A DNA stretch of 64,000 nucleotides from Squalus acanthias (Eukaryota), in NCBI GenBank assembly GCA_030390025.1, contig CM059431.1:105464001-105528000 (forward strand). Reading direction: 5' to 3'. Position numbers and translations under genes: made by a program. Below the pieces are notes generated by a model, which saw only the letters and a list, made by a program, of their open reading frames with translations, was not told the DNA's origin and did no database searches. Shown piece by piece: positions 1 through 13,410 of the stretch (the first letter of the stretch is position 1; the number at the start of each line of letters is the position of its first letter).

Positions 1-881
1 CTCTCTGAAATTAATTTCCCTAGATTGGGCTTGTTAAGCCCGCCCAGCGTGTTTCCCGGCCAATTGGAGGAAGCGGGTTTGGTGACGTCATTTCATGATG
101 CGTCATCAGCCAGTTTCCTTAAAGGGACCATGTCCAAATTTATTTCGACATTGGTGCTGTCAGTGTTCTACAGCATTGAGGTGCTGCAAACACTGACAAT
201 CACTGCACATGGGCAGAAGAGACCTCCCCAGGAGATCAACACTGCCTGGTTGCACATTGCACAGGAGGGCAGAAGCAGGGATATGGTCAGGAGGACCTGG
301 GTGCAGTGCCCCAAACATTTCAATGATCTCAGTAGATCACGAAACGTCAGTACAAAGCCACACTCAACCTCATCCTGCTGTACCTCTCATCACATCCCCA
401 TCACTCTGCCTTCCCTATCCTACTCCTGCACATCCGTACTCACACCAACTTACCTTGCACCTCCACCCATCCCTCTCTATCTACATTATCACTTCCCCAT
501 CTCACTAGCCACCCCTCACACTCACCCTCATCCTAGTGCAATCATACCAACTCACAACACACAAGGGTAGGCACTTGAATGTTTTATCCAATGTTCATGA
601 CGAGGTCTAGGCACAGCGGGAAACCGGTGGGCGACCTGTCAAATCCAAAAAGCTGGCAAAGAAACCATTGAGAAGTGGCTGTAAACAAGCCACTAATGAT
701 TTTATTTGCCTCCCCCGCCACTGCCTGTCGGGTCTGCTCAGCGCCGGCAGACCCGACATCGGGAAAGTCCAGTGTGCGCGTTTTGATAATGGATTCCCGA
801 CCCTCCGTCAATCATTTTAAATTTAACAGCTGACCCGCCACGCATCCCGTCCGCTGAGCGCCGGCCGGCAACATTCCGGCC
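1..881 (+). mobile_element. Harbinger-derived non-autonomous element with Myb/SANT-gene fragment (left end outside the window)
   Basis: ~210-345 translates as TAWLHIAQE...RRTWVQCPKHFNDLSR, matching the Myb/SANT motif W..VA...RT..QCRKKFNDL of the element at 17229-17465; ends in a TIR-like acattccggcc. Confidence 0.65.
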
Positions 882-1214
882 TTGGCTGCAGTTCTCATTT
901 GACCTTCTTCAGATGGTGACCTGTTAATCTCAGCCCAGCTGCCTGGTGCAAAACGGAAGAGTTTTGTGTGAAACTGAAGTGATGGGAAGGAGAGAGGATC
1001 AGCATGTGCTTCACCTTGGGTCACGCCGCAACATTTTCCACCAGCTAGCCAAGAAACTGCATTGGCCGAACTCACAGAGATTTGCACAGAAAATAACTTG
1101 AGCAATAATTCAATTTTTAAGAAAGCGGCTCTAAAAATAACAGTTTTGCTTTTGGCATTGAACAATAATTTGTAGTAATAAAAATAAATTTTATTTTGCA
1201 TTTATATTAAGAGG

Positions 1215-1342
1215 TAAGAGATAGAATTTGTAGGGCGATGGGGAAAGAGCAGGGGGGAGAGTGGGACTAATTGGACAGCTTCTTTCAAAGAGCCGGCACA
1301 GGCACGGTGGGCCAAATGACCTCCTTCTGCGCTGTATGATTC
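1215..1342 (+). mobile_element. CR1 LINE 3' end fragment
   Basis: CR1-type 3' UTR (gggactaattggacagct...gggccaaatgacctccttctgcgctgtatgatt). Confidence 0.75.
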
Positions 1343-1345
1343 CAA

Positions 1346-2117
1346 GGGGGAAAATTATTTAGCGACCATTTTGGGGCGCCAACAGCGCCAGAGGCGCAAA
1401 ATTTAGTGCCCGGTGCAAAATAGCGCCGGCGATCGCGAACTTCAGTTTTAGCGCCCCAAGAGGGAGGTGGAGTTCTAATTCAAGCTCTCCACTTCCTTCT
1501 TAGAACGCTAATCCCGAATATTGGGGCGGTGCGTTCTGCTGCGCTGCGCACTGGGCCACGTAGCACAGCCGCATGGAAGGGCTCTTCCCCTCATTAAAGG
1601 GGAGGGCCCAAGCCCACAACTCTGCGGGGCTCGAGCTGGACCACCGGGGAACGGGTTGCCGTGCCAACAGCCCGGCACTCAAGAGGAATGCGGGGCTGCC
1701 AGATCGCGGAATGGACCCCGCGTTCAAAGACGTAACGGGCCGTGACAAGTAAGTCGGATGATTTTTTTCCCCCCCGCCCGCCACCTCCCCTTTAGTTAGT
1801 GCCCCGCGTGTCTTCTACCGCTCCGTTCCCGCCCCCTGAATCGGTCTCTGTCACCGCCTGGCGCACATTCAGGGGACGCGGGACAATTTTGCAAGCAAAG
1901 CGAAAACGGGGCGCTGCTCACGGTGACGACATCGTCATCGCCTGCGCAGCGGAGCGGGGCGCTACCGGTTACCGCCGCCGCTAAACTCCCGCTGAATTTA
2001 GCGGGAGTCGTTAGCGGCGCCGCGCCCGGGCGAAAAGTTGTTTGTGCCCCGTTAGCACCCCCCGGGGAGGGCGGGGGGGGGGTAACGAGAGGTACAAATG
2101 CACCGAATTTCTAGCCC
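1346..2117. mobile_element. GC-rich Harbinger-type MITE
   Basis: Termini gggggaaaatt / aatttctagccc resemble the Harbinger TIR at 13601/17826; same family as 23067-23750 in opposite orientation. Confidence 0.75.
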
Positions 2118-2460
2118 TGTGTCCTTTAAAGAAAATCAGATACATTTTTGAGCTTTCCGTTCAAGTAGTTACATCAGAAACAAACCACACAGCTACAGCA
2201 GGCTCAGAATTCAAACTACTTGTGGTGCATAATTTGCACTGCACAATGCTGACAACCAGGTTGACATCGCATCCCAGAAGTGATCCTTTCCCACAGGTGG
2301 TCATTAAAAAAAGATCTGCAAATGTCAGGAGTCAGTTTATTTCTCTGTGCTGGTGGTGTAATGAGTCATTCCATAAATATCTCTCAGTATTAGTTGAGAA
2401 CCTACATCTTTAAAACTGTAAAAAAGTAAGAGAGATTATGAATTATTAAAATTAACTTCC

Positions 2461-2880
2461 ATTTATATAGCACCTTTCATGACCTCGTGACATCCCAAAG
2501 CATTAAACAGCCAATGAAGTGCATGTACTGCTGTAATATAGCAGCTAATTTGCCCCACCAACAGCAATGCGGCAACGATCAGATAATCCATTTTAGTGAT
2601 GTTGGTTGAGAGCTTAATATTGGCCCAGGACACCAGTGGGAGAGCCTCTGCTCTTCTTCGAAATAGTGCCATGGCATCTTTCACATCCACTTGAGGGGGC
2701 AGATGGGGCCTCTGTTTAACATCTCATCCGAAAGCCGACACCTCCAACAATACAGCTCTCACTGAGCTCTGCGTTGTAAGTGTCAGCTTAGCTTTTGTGC
2801 TTGAGTCTCTGGAGTGGGACTATGAACTCACAACCTTCTGCCTTCGAGCCGAGTGTGCTACCCACTGAGCCACGGCTGAT
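2461..2880 (-). mobile_element. DeuSINE/SacSINE1-like tRNA SINE (diverged)
   Basis: Reverse complement aligns by eye with the copy at 4598-5050. Confidence 0.85.
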
Positions 2881-3344
2881 GGTTTTGTTACCTTGCCTGT
2901 ATTACCCATATCCTGACAACAAATAATGTTTTTTTTTAAATCACTTCCTGCAAAGCTGGGTTGCATCAGTGCTGACATTTAACACTTTCCCTTTTTCTCT
3001 TTCTATTAGCAATATAGCTTTACCAGAGCCCTTTTACTTCCATTATTGAGGCAAGGTTAACCCAACCTCCAAATGGCACTCTTGTGCTTTCTTTCACTGG
3101 AATTACCCGTGTAGACACAGCCAGCATTAAGAACTTCTTTGACCAGTTGAATCATGCCCTGCCTAACAATGGTGGACATTTGAACGATGTGTTGCATGCT
3201 CTTTACTTCAGAACATTCTTACCTCAAATAGATACAGTGTGCACTTACTGGAGAATGAGCTACATAAAGTCAAACACCTCTGGATGGGTACTCAGAGCTT
3301 GGAGGGGATCAACTACGATCAGAGTTTATCCAAAACACTTCTCT

Positions 3345-3935
3345 TTAAGGAGGTGCATCTGGTAGAACATTTACTGTCATAAGGGAAATATATCTGAGGA
3401 AGGATGTTCTTGCCATGGAGGGAGTGCAGCGAAGATTTACCAGACTGATACCTGGGATGGCAGGAATGGCATATGACGTGTGAAGAGAGATTGGGTCGAT
3501 TAGGCTTATATTCGCTAGAGTTTCGAAGAATGAGAGGGGATCTCATTGAAACTTATAAAATTCGAACAGGACTAGACAGACTAGATGCAGGAAGGCTGTT
3601 CCCGATGGCGGGGGAGTCCAGAACCAGAGGTCACAGTCTAAGGATAAGGGGTAAGCCATTTAGGACTGAGATGAGGAGGAATTTCTTCACCCAGAGAGTG
3701 GTGAACCTGTGGAATTCACTACCACAGAAGGCAGTTGAGGCCAATTCATTAAATATATTCAAGAAGGAGATAGATATATTTCTTAACGCTAAAGGGATCA
3801 AGTGATATGGGGAGAAAGCAAGGACAGGGTACTGAATTTGGATGATCAGCCATGATCGCATTAAATGGCAGAGCAGGCTCGAGGGGCCGAATGGCCTACT
3901 CCTGCTCCTATCTTCTATGCTTCTATGCTTCTATA
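3345..3935 (+). mobile_element. CR1 (HER1-like) LINE, ORF2 C-terminus and 3' UTR
   Basis: EERLGRLGLYSLEFRRMRGDLIETYK...FFTQRVVNLWNSLP; tail ggccgaatggcctactcctgctcct with (ttctatgc)n. Confidence 0.95.
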
Positions 3936-4109
3936 TAACTTATTTATTTGGGGTTGTTATACTAGATGCACCAATTGGTTTCAGTGTCAACTACCACTCC
4001 TGCAAATGAAATTTGCATCCCCTCAGAGAAAAGTGTGTCTTTATTTACTCAATATTTAGGTTGCATACCCAGGGATTGAACAGAGGCCATTGCTACTGTA
4101 TTCTGGCTC

Positions 4110-4250
4110 AGTTGCCCAAGATTTTGGTCACCTGCCCGAATATCTCCTTATGTGGCTCGGTGTCAAATTTTGTCTGATTTACGCTCCTGTGAAGAGCCTT
4201 GGGTCATTTTACTGTGTTAAAGGTGCTATATAAATGCAAGTTGTTGTTGT
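4110..4250 (+). mobile_element. L2 LINE 3' tail
   Basis: ggtcacctg...gtgctatataaatgcaagttgttgttgt, same tail as the L2 copies at 26140 and 56990. Confidence 0.8.
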
Positions 4251-4597
4251 GAAGTTTACCATTTACAATTTTGCTGCATTAAGCAACAGAGGAAATGTTC
4301 CTCCCAGATGCAAGTGTGACTTAATCGTTCAACTATTTCCGTTGAATATTTTCAGTTGAACAGCGATCCACTGAACCAACTTGCTTGGAGGAGCTTTTGA
4401 GCTTGACAACATGAGAGAGCAGGATAACGGCAGAGGTATCGCCTTCAGCCTAGGGTGCAAAATTAATCATGACATTTCAACTACATGTGTTAATTTATCT
4501 CCCCGCATCTCACAAACATCTCCCAGTCCGTTTCTTTCTCAATGAGGTCCTCAATACTCACTCTATTAGAACAAAAATACAAGAATACAGTGGGATT

Positions 4598-5050
4598 TGT
4601 CAGCTGTGGCTCAGTGGGTAGCACCCTCGCCTCTGAGTCAGAAGGTTGTGGGTTCAAGGCCCACGCCAGGGACTTGAGCACATAAAGCTAGGCTGACACT
4701 CCAGTGCAGTGCTGAGTCTTTCGGATGAGTCGTTAAACCGAGGCCCCGTCTGCTCTCTCAGGTGGACGTAAAAGATCCCATGGCACTATTTCGAAGAAGA
4801 GCAGGGGAGTTATCCCTGGTGTCCTGGCCAATATTTATCCCTCAACCAACATAACAAAAACAAAACAGATTATCTGGCCATTATCACATTGCTGTTTGTG
4901 GGAGCTTGCTGTGCGCAAATTGGCTGCCACGTTTCCCACATTACAACAGTGACTACAATTCAAAAGTACTTCATTGGCTGTAAGACGCTTTGAGATGTCC
5001 TGTGGTCGTGAAAGGCGCTACATAAATGCAAGTCTTTCTTTCTTTTCTTT
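4598..5050 (+). mobile_element. DeuSINE/SacSINE1-like tRNA SINE, near full length
   Basis: Pol III A box (tggctcagtggg) and B box (gggttcaaggcc); Deu-domain-like core (ttaaaccgaggcccc...aaagatcccatggcact...ggtgtcctggccaa); L2-like tail ending (ttct)n. Confidence 0.9.
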
Positions 5051-6169
5051 ACATCACATGCTGCTTTTTGTGACATGTTTGTGTCCAATAAGCGGATTAA
5101 TTGTCTACTCTTATCAGACCAAGGCTCCGGCTATAAAACACCAGACACATTTATTTAACATGAACCAGGTAAATGAAAAGAACTTTACTATTCTCTTTGA
5201 AATGTCAAAATAAAAAAAAAACACTTTTCCTGCGCCACCTATCATCACGGTCTCTCACTTCTTCAATGGCAAAGCGCTATAATGGAACTGTTGACACCTC
5301 TCAGTCTTCCTGCTGGCTTCAGATTGACTGACTCCTGATTTGAGTGCAGGCTGCCAAATATAATGCTACAATTGGAAGATCTGCCCATCAAAGGAACATC
5401 AAAAACTTATCGGGTCTGCCTCTCTCACAGAGCCAACATGTGTCATTGTCACCAAGGCACAACTGGGAATGAAAACCATCACCCTCAGGATGTCAATCAC
5501 CTAGAATGTTTGGAATTTAATGAGGTGTCTTGATTCATGGCCAAATGCTTTTGATTACCTGTTAAGATAGGTCCTCATTCAGGTATATAACCAAACCATA
5601 AATACAAAGGACTTCTAGAATTGCACATGGCTTCAAAACAGCTTGACAAATCCCTTTTCAGTACCTAACTACATCCTTGTGTATACTAGAAAGAATCCAA
5701 TAAATCATCTAACATAGGCCAAGATGTTTTATTTTGTCACAATTAGCACATCTCCTGCTCATTCCAAAGTAACTCCTACAAATATGGACAACCTAAAGGA
5801 AGCCCAAAATACACTAAAAATTAAGAGTAAACAAATTTGCCTCTGTGGTAACAACCCATGGCTATATGGTTGCTGCCTACCAGCAAGCAACGTTATTCAA
5901 AAGGTAAAAAATGATACAGGATAAATGATGCAGACAATAAACAAAGAATGTATTTGTTTCATGGCAGTCTGCCGAGCCTTACTCAATGTTTGCCCCTTGT
6001 GGAATGCTTCAATAATTTAAGGAACTGGCTCAGTCCCAACCAAAGCCAAATCACCAACTATGTGCAAACTTTGAGTGGGCACGGACGAGATCTGAGGTCT
6101 GAATGGTCAACCCCTTAAGAGTCACAGGATTAGTATTGGTTAGCAAGGTGAAGAATGTAACCTAGTTTT

Positions 6170-6487
6170 GTTTGGGTTATAGTTTCAGGATAAGGGGTCG
6201 CACATTTAAAACGGAGATGAGGAGGAATTTCTTCTCTCAGAGGGTCGTGAATCTGTGGAATTCTCTACCCCAGAGAGCTGTGGAGGCTGGGTCATTGAAT
6301 ATATTGAAGGCGGAGATAGACAGATTTTTGAACGAGAAGGGAGTCAAGGGTTATGGGGAGCGGGCAGGGAAGTGGAGTTGAGGCCAAGATCAGATCAGCC
6401 ATGATCTCATTGAATGGCGGAGCAGGCTCGAGGGGACAAATGGCCTACTCCTGCTCCTATTTCTTATGTTATGTTATGTTCTTATAC
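6170..6487 (+). mobile_element. CR1 LINE 3' fragment
   Basis: RIRGRTFKTEMRRNFFSQRVVNLWNSLP plus CR1 tail with (ttatg)n. Confidence 0.95.
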
Positions 6488-6619
6488 TCATTTTAGCCTA
6501 TTTAGACTTTAAGCTTAGCGAATTGGCCTTCTAAAAATTAGTAGCCCAACAGATGTTTTTTGGTAACCTTGAGCTGCTCGGCTATCGTAAATTTCTGATC
6601 CGTGGTACAAAAAAAAGGA

Positions 6620-7062
6620 AGAAGGTGCATTTATATAGCACCTTTCACGACCTCAGGACACCCCAAGGGCTTCACAGCCAATGAATTACCTTTTGACGTC
6701 TATTCACTGTTGCGATGTCGGAAAACGTGGCAGCCAAATTGTGCACAGCAAGGTCCCACTTACAGCAATGAGGTAAATAACTATTTAACCTGTCTTGGTG
6801 ACATTGGTTGAGGGATGAATGTTGGCCAAGATACCAGGAGACCTTCCCCCTGGTCTGTTTTGAATAGTGCCATGGGATCTTTTATGTCCACATTAACGAG
6901 CAGATTGACATACAATCCGAAACACGGCAACCTCTGACAACGCAGCATTCCTTCAGCCTTGCACTGAAGTGACAGCCTAAGTTAGGTACTCAAACTGCAG
7001 TGGGGTTTAAATCATGACTTTCTGACTCAAAGGCCAGACTACTGCCACTGAGCGAAGCTAAC
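6620..7062 (-). mobile_element. DeuSINE-like SINE (diverged)
   Basis: Similarity to the reverse complement of 4598-5050. Confidence 0.8.
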
Positions 7063-7734
7063 CTTTTCAATGTGCTATCCCGATTTACAGACAACGTCCA
7101 TGTTTGCCTTTGGTTACACTAAGCACAGCACACACGCACATCCCAGCATTAAAAAAAAAATGGTCAAACTGTTATCATCTATACGAATAATTAATGTTAA
7201 GAAAATGGCTCCTACCCGTTGTAGAACTCTCTCTTTCAGGATTGGTCGGGGTCTTTCAGCATCGTCCATAATTGTAATGGCCTCGAGGTGAAACCGCTCA
7301 GGCACATTATTTCTTCCTCTGTCGGTGTCTGAATTCACGAAAAATAAGACAGTTACCACCATCCTGAACATTACCATTCACCCCAGGGGGACATCAAATC
7401 CCAGGAGGGCATGGGCATTTTAAATGTCATTATTTTCCAAGTGTAATACTGGAATAACAAAAATATATTTCAATGTCAAATATACAGACTATTGCTGTTA
7501 AGTAATATACATTTGCAAGTAGACAAAGAAGAAGGTCTTCTCTTCGTGGTACTATAGAATTCTGAATTCTTAGCTTCTTAAACTGGAAAAGCCTGTTCAT
7601 GTCTTGGTGCAAAAAGCACTAATGACTTCGTTCCATTCACAGATTGAAGATTAATTTGAAGGACTAAAGCCCGAGGGAGGTAAATATTTGTGCATCACTT
7701 GCTATTGTGTTGGATGAGAGATGGAATTGTGAAA

Positions 7735-7932
7735 GGAAGAAAGAACTTGCATTTCTCCAGCGCCTTTCACAACCTCAGGACGTCCCGAAGCGCTTTCCAG
7801 CCAATGAAGTACCTTTGACGCGCATTCACTCTTACAAAGTAGGAAACGCAACAGCCGATTTGCGCACAGCCAGCTCCCACAAACAGCAATGTGATAATGA
7901 TCAGATAATCAGTTCACTGACGTTGGTTGATT
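7735..7932 (-). mobile_element. DeuSINE-like SINE 3' half
   Basis: aagaacttgcattt...gctcccacaaacagcaatgtgataatga. Confidence 0.85.
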
Positions 7933-8189
7933 GCAATGCCAGTATCAAAACTACATCTACTCTGTGATATGCACAACTAAAAACTTGATGGATGAAACTG
8001 GAAGGACACAAATAGGAGAGAGAGAAAAGAAGCAGGAGTAATTAAGCATGCATGACAGTTAACTGATGGGAAACAGTTCTGAACATTTGCTGCACACTTT
8101 GAGGAAGTCACTTCACAGTTTTGCCAGCCATTGGATTGTTAATTGTCCTTTTACCACAAGGATGTTGAAATCATACTATGCAGTGAAGA

Positions 8190-8673
8190 AAGAAGTAACT
8201 TGCGTTTATATAGCGCCTTTAACGACCTCAGGGCATGCCAAAGTGCTTTACAGCCAATGAAGTGCTTTTGAAGTGCGGTCACTGTTGTAATGTAGGAAAC
8301 ACGGCAGCCAATCTGCACACAGCAAGCTCCCACAAACAGCAATGTGATAATGACCAGATAATCTGTTTTTTTAGTGATGTTGGTTGAAGTATAGATATTG
8401 GCCCAGGACAACTCCCATGCTCTTCTTCGAAATAGTGCCGTATCATCTTTTACATCCACCTGAGAGGGCAGACATTTCATCTGAACATTTCATGCATTTC
8501 ATTTGGTTTAACATTTCATCTGAAAGACGGCACTTTCAACAATGTGGCACTCCCTCAGTACTGCACTGGAGTGTCAGCCTAGATCTTTGTGCTCAAGTCC
8601 CAGGAGTGGGGACTTTGAACCCACAACCTTTGACTCAGAGGCGCGAGTGCTACCCACTGAGCCACAGCTGACA
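8190..8673 (-). mobile_element. DeuSINE/SacSINE1-like SINE, full length
   Basis: Reverse complement of head, Deu core and tail; ends gccacagctgacac. Confidence 0.9.
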
Positions 8674-9114
8674 CATCAAGTTATTAATTAGTATTAGTAA
8701 TAAACATATTTACGTGAAATTCCACTGCCTGCTAGGGTTTAACCCATTTACTTTAAAATAGTGCACCAACAAATTTCATACATTCATGCATTTGGTACTA
8801 ATATGGCACAGCACGATTTCTACACAAAAATGTTCTGATATTAGTATCTGGTACCATGCCAGCCTAAGTGATAGGTGAAGTTCATGCCACAATATTTTGT
8901 TGGCCAACTGCACCATCTCATTAGAGGACAAATAGAAAGATGTTTTACTTCTCATCTGATGAAAAGACTTGGGTGCAGTTCCAAATAGTTATCCAACGAT
9001 CAGAGAAATAAAAGGTTAAAATGTATCTGTGATTTTCATTTGCAAGATAAGTCTTTTGTTCCCACTGCAGTTCTTCAACCCGGAGACATGCTATGACATG
9101 AGTGTAACAAGTTA

Positions 9115-9465
9115 CAAGATGCACTGCAGCAACTCGTCAAGGCTTCTTCGGCAGCACCTCCCAAACCCGTGACCTCTTCCACCTAGAAGGACAAGGGCAG
9201 CAGGAGCATGGGAACACCACCACCTCCAAGTTCCCCTCCAAGTCACACACCATCCTGACTTGGAAGTATATCAGCCATTCCTTCATCGTTGCTGGGTCAA
9301 AATCCTGGAGCTCCCTCCCCAACAGCACTGTGGGAGCACCTTCACCACACGGACTGCAGCAGTTCAAGAATGCAACGGCTCACCACCACCTTCTCAAAGG
9401 CAATTAGGGAAGGGCAATAAATGCTGGCCTTGCACCGATGCCGACATCCCGGGAATAAGTAAAAT
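9115..9465 (+). mobile_element. RTE-X-like LINE 3' end (clade tentative)
   Basis: YKMHCSN...; same family as 18276-19300; tail ggcaattaggg...aataaatgctggccttgc. Confidence 0.8.
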
Positions 9466-9739
9466 TTTAAAAATTTCCCGACAAGGCAAATTATTGGTTA
9501 AAAACAGAGTTTTATCTTCATCTTATTCATAAGAAAACACTTCAGAACTAAATCAATAAGCAAGGTAAATCTGAGAGAAAGCTCTGTCGATAAGACAAGG
9601 TGGATTTCTGGGAACAATTCGGATGAATGGGAGAGCAATGATGAAACAAATTCAGATGAACATTTTTAAATAGTGCTCTTTTACTAAAAGCAGTAATGTG
9701 CCTGATATTTTAGAACAAAAGCAGAAAGGGTCTTAAAAG

Positions 9740-9900
9740 GCACTTTTGAAAGGAGTAAGTGGAAGCTAGATAAGTGCACGAGGGAGAAAGGAACAGAAGG
9801 ATATGTTGAGACAAAGTAAGGTGGGAAGAGACTCGTGTGGAGCATAAACACCGGCATGGACGAGTTGGGCCGAATGGCCTCTTTCTATGCTGTTTCTGTG
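9740..9900 (+). mobile_element. CR1 3' end fragment
   Basis: gaagctagataag...gttgggccgaatggcct tail. Confidence 0.8.
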
Positions 9901-10184
9901 CAAAAATTGGAGCCAAACGATTGACTTTTTAACCCCCACTCTACTTAATAAAAAATCCAATAGGCGTTTTATGTAGAGAATAACAGATACCTGGTGAATA
10001 ACAAAGGAGTGAAAACTGGGTCGTTACTGGTCATAAAACTGACTTTAAGCGACCTTCATGTCCAAGCTATACCAAAACAAAACTGTTTTTATTTTGACTT
10101 ACAAGGATCGATGACGTAATCTTTGGTGTACCATCAGTAGGACCCTTGCTCCTGAGAGGACTGAATGTGTCGGCCCCCAAAATA

Positions 10185-10825
10185 ACTGACCGCTTTTGCG
10201 GAACACCTCCGTTCAGTCCGTAAGGATGACCCCGAGCTTCCGGTCGCCTGTCACTTTAATTCTCCGCTCCACTCCCACTCTGACCTCTTTGTTCTCGGCC
10301 TCTTACACTGTTCCAATGAAGCTCCACGTAAGCTCGAGGAACAGCACCTCATCTTTCGATTAGGCACTTTACAGCCTTCTGGACTCAACATCAAGTTCAA
10401 CAATTTCAGACCATAACCTCGGCCCCTATCATTTTTTTTCTCTCTCTCACATGGCAGCTGTCGATCATTCTGCCATTGCCATTTACACTTCATCTAGAGT
10501 CATCTTTTGTTTCTTAACTTGGCCCATTACCATCTCCTTTTGCTTTGCACCATCATCCCTTTTGTCTCTTAATCTCTCCTGCCTTCCATCCTATCACAGA
10601 CCTTCCCCTTTTGTTCTTTCCTCCCCTCCCCCCTTTCCCTGCCCCTACACTTGCTTAAAAACCTGTTACATCTTCAACTTTTTCCAGTTCTGACGAAGGG
10701 TCATCGACCTGAAACGTTAACTCTGTTTCTCTCTCGACAGATGCTGCCTGACCCGTTGAGTATTTCCAGCATTTTCTGTTTTTATTTCAGAACTCCAGCA
10801 TCCGCAGTATTTTGCTTTTGCTCAA
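10185..10825 (+). mobile_element. Penelope-like element 3' fragment (GIY-YIG C-terminus and pLTR)
   Basis: DRFAEHLRSVRKDDPELPVACHFNS...LEEQHLIFRLGTLQPSGLNI; downstream pLTR with hammerhead motif. Confidence 0.9.
10686..10722 (+). ncRNA. Minimal hammerhead ribozyme motif
   Basis: agtt-CTGACGA-a-gggtc(atc)gacct-GAAA-cgtt-aact: core boxes, stem II, palindromic stem III, stem I agtt/aact. Confidence 0.8.
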
Positions 10826-11344
10826 TACTGGTTCATTTAAATCCTGTGGGTGGCAGCATGTAGCACATGGCATGCTGGGAGTGTCAGGTGAGTTGGGAGC
10901 CCGAATGCCGAGTGCCAGCAGCCACAGTGAAGGGTTGTGGGCTGCCCTTATACTGCCGTCATGTGGTTCTTTTAACACCATGGGGCTCAAAGGCCCCATT
11001 GAAGAATCCGAGGCCTCGGCAAAGTTATTCCTATAACAAATAGAGGGCCACCTAGCACTAAAACTTGAAGGGCATCCCCTTCAGCTTCTATTGCTCACAG
11101 TCATTGAGCATCTGGAGAACTCCTCAGACCCTTCAGTCACATTGAATGAAACTTGCATAATTTCCATATTACGATCGTGACCTAAAAGAGCATCCTGCTA
11201 TGAGAAAATAATTAGCGGTCTCTTGCTAATCTAATTTACGCGAGTTAATTATCTTTCAAAAGTTTGTTCCCTGGACCTTGATCTATCATTTGTAAAATGT
11301 GAGTTTGAAACAACTATTGTTTTAAGAATTCTGCTTTAGTCTGT

Positions 11345-11770
11345 AAGAAAGATCTTGCATTCAGACAGTGGCTTATCATGTGCTCCGCATTGAATTAATT
11401 ATGATTGTTGTACAGTCACTATATTGGCAAACATAAAAGCCAATTTGTGCACAGCAAAATCCCACAACAGCACTCGGGATGAATGACAAGTCAATCTGTC
11501 TTTGGTGGCGTTGGTTGACGGAGGAACGCTGGCCAGGGGAACTTTTGCATTCTTCTTCGAATAGTGCAATGCGAGCTTTTGCATCCGGCTAAGCAGGCAG
11601 CTGGGGCCTCAGTTTCACATCTCATTTGAAGGGATGTGACTCGAACACTAAAGCGCGGCCTCACTGCTGCGTGAAGTGTCAGCCTCGATTATGTGCTCAC
11701 ATCCTGGGGTGGAGCTTAAACCCACAAGTTTCCATTTCAGACGGCTACGAACTGAGACAAGCCGACGCTT
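11345..11770 (-). mobile_element. Highly diverged DeuSINE-like SINE
   Basis: gccaatttgtgcacagcaa...cttcttcgaatagtgc...ggggcctcagttt...cccacaa. Confidence 0.7.
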
Positions 11771-12897
11771 GCAATGCTTCAGAACATTATTAGAAACACA
11801 AGCCTTCACCAACACGCAAAACTTGCCACGTTGTATTTCACGTTAAGAATGCCATTCCAACTAAATGTGAATTGCCATGAGCCATGGTTTATTTTTGAAA
11901 CGAGAACTCTATCTTGCACTTATTGTAATGCTCTTCCCTCATTAATCAGTGGCATCAAGATTTAATTGAAACCTTGAAGCATTTATGTACACAATGCTCA
12001 TTATGTCACTGAAGACTTTTGCAGTGACTATCTTCAAAATTATTTATTTTGCTGATCCCAGTGAGCTGGGTCCTATTTGAATAAACGTCTTAAACTTATC
12101 ATGGTCCTGGACATTGGCGGCTTAGCCAACACGATGGCCCTGTTATTTGCATCCTGAAAAGCTACTGGGATATTAGATACAGTTGATCTGTCACCAGAGG
12201 TTTTAAAAACAACAAAGACATCGCAAGGAAATGATGCAGATAGTACAAGTGTCTATGGGGGAATTTCTAATCGTCTTACCCGGCTAGGGTGGGAAATTTA
12301 TCGACAGCTGGAGACAGCATCATGTTACATTTGGACAATTTAGACAGCTTCTGTTGTTGCCTGATAGGAGCATCTTATTTCATCATCGGCAATTTGAGTA
12401 GCTGAAAATCACAGCATTAGCTGGATGTGAAAACATGGCTATGTTACTATCTGGAGCTTATGGATCCCGGATGATGCACGTGACACTGCTGTCAGAGTGA
12501 ATCATGAATTAATCAGAGGCCCACGAGCACAAATATGCAGAGCTAGCATGTTTGCACACACTGAACTTAACAGGTTTCTCATTAGGAACCGGAGAATAGA
12601 GAATTCCAGTAATAATCATCTATTCCCTGTGTAGAAGCTGACAGCTCCCTCACATCTGGTACTATTCTGATTTGTATATGTCTACACATCAGGCTTACTC
12701 CTGTACACAAGTGCTGTCAGCCAGATGGGCTGCACCTTCACCATATACCTGAAAGTAGTACAACCTGTATTGGTGGTGGAAAAATCAGGATTAGCTTTCC
12801 AGCGTCTTCAGCGATATGTATTTAGAGTTTCTCATCTGAATAAATGGTATATTTCTCCTCCCGCATGGTATATAGCTTCCATGAGGGACATATACTA

Positions 12898-13180
12898 TGC
12901 GAGTAATTTTAACCCCCAAAAATGGATGGGTTTGGGTCAGGTGGGAAGTAAAAGTGTTAATAATTTCAAACAGGAACCCAAATCCCACCCACTCCCGATT
13001 TTAACGGAGGCGGTACGAGGGACAGACGACCAATCCGCTCTCAGGATACCAGTCGGTCATTGAAACCCATTAAGGAGGCTGCGTGCCTCCATTTTAACAG
13101 GGTATCTATTTTTAATGCGCGTTGGCCAGGTTCCCCGGGCCTCGACTGACGCCACCCCGCCCCCACCCCCCCACCCTCCT
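12898..13180. mobile_element. MITE fragment
   Basis: GC-rich gagtaattttaacccc start with gggtttggg motifs like those of 60038-60556. Confidence 0.45.
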
Positions 13181-13189
13181 TAACTATTC

Positions 13190-13410
13190 CACGTGAAACT
13201 TTCTACCACAGGGAGTAGTTGAGGCGAATAGCACAGATGCATTTAAGGGGAAGCTAGATAAGTACACGAGGGAGAAAGGAATAGAGGGGTACGCTGATAG
13301 CGTGAGCTGAAGTAGGGTGGGAGGAGGCTCGTGTAGAACATAAACACCGGCGCAGACCAGTTGGGCTGAATGACCTGTTTCTATGCTGTAAATTCTACTT
13401 AATTCTATGA
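13190..13410 (+). mobile_element. CR1 3' end (part of a local duplication)
   Basis: ctaccacagggagtagttgaggcgaatag...gttgggctgaatgacctgtttct. Confidence 0.85.

Noticed and set aside
3084..3365. 93-aa ORF or small minus-strand exon (QGMIQLVKEVLNAGCVYT)
   Set aside because: Weak polypyrimidine tract and no recognisable homology
4598..4670. tRNA genes at SINE heads
   Set aside because: A and B boxes run directly into SINE bodies; no complete cloverleaf
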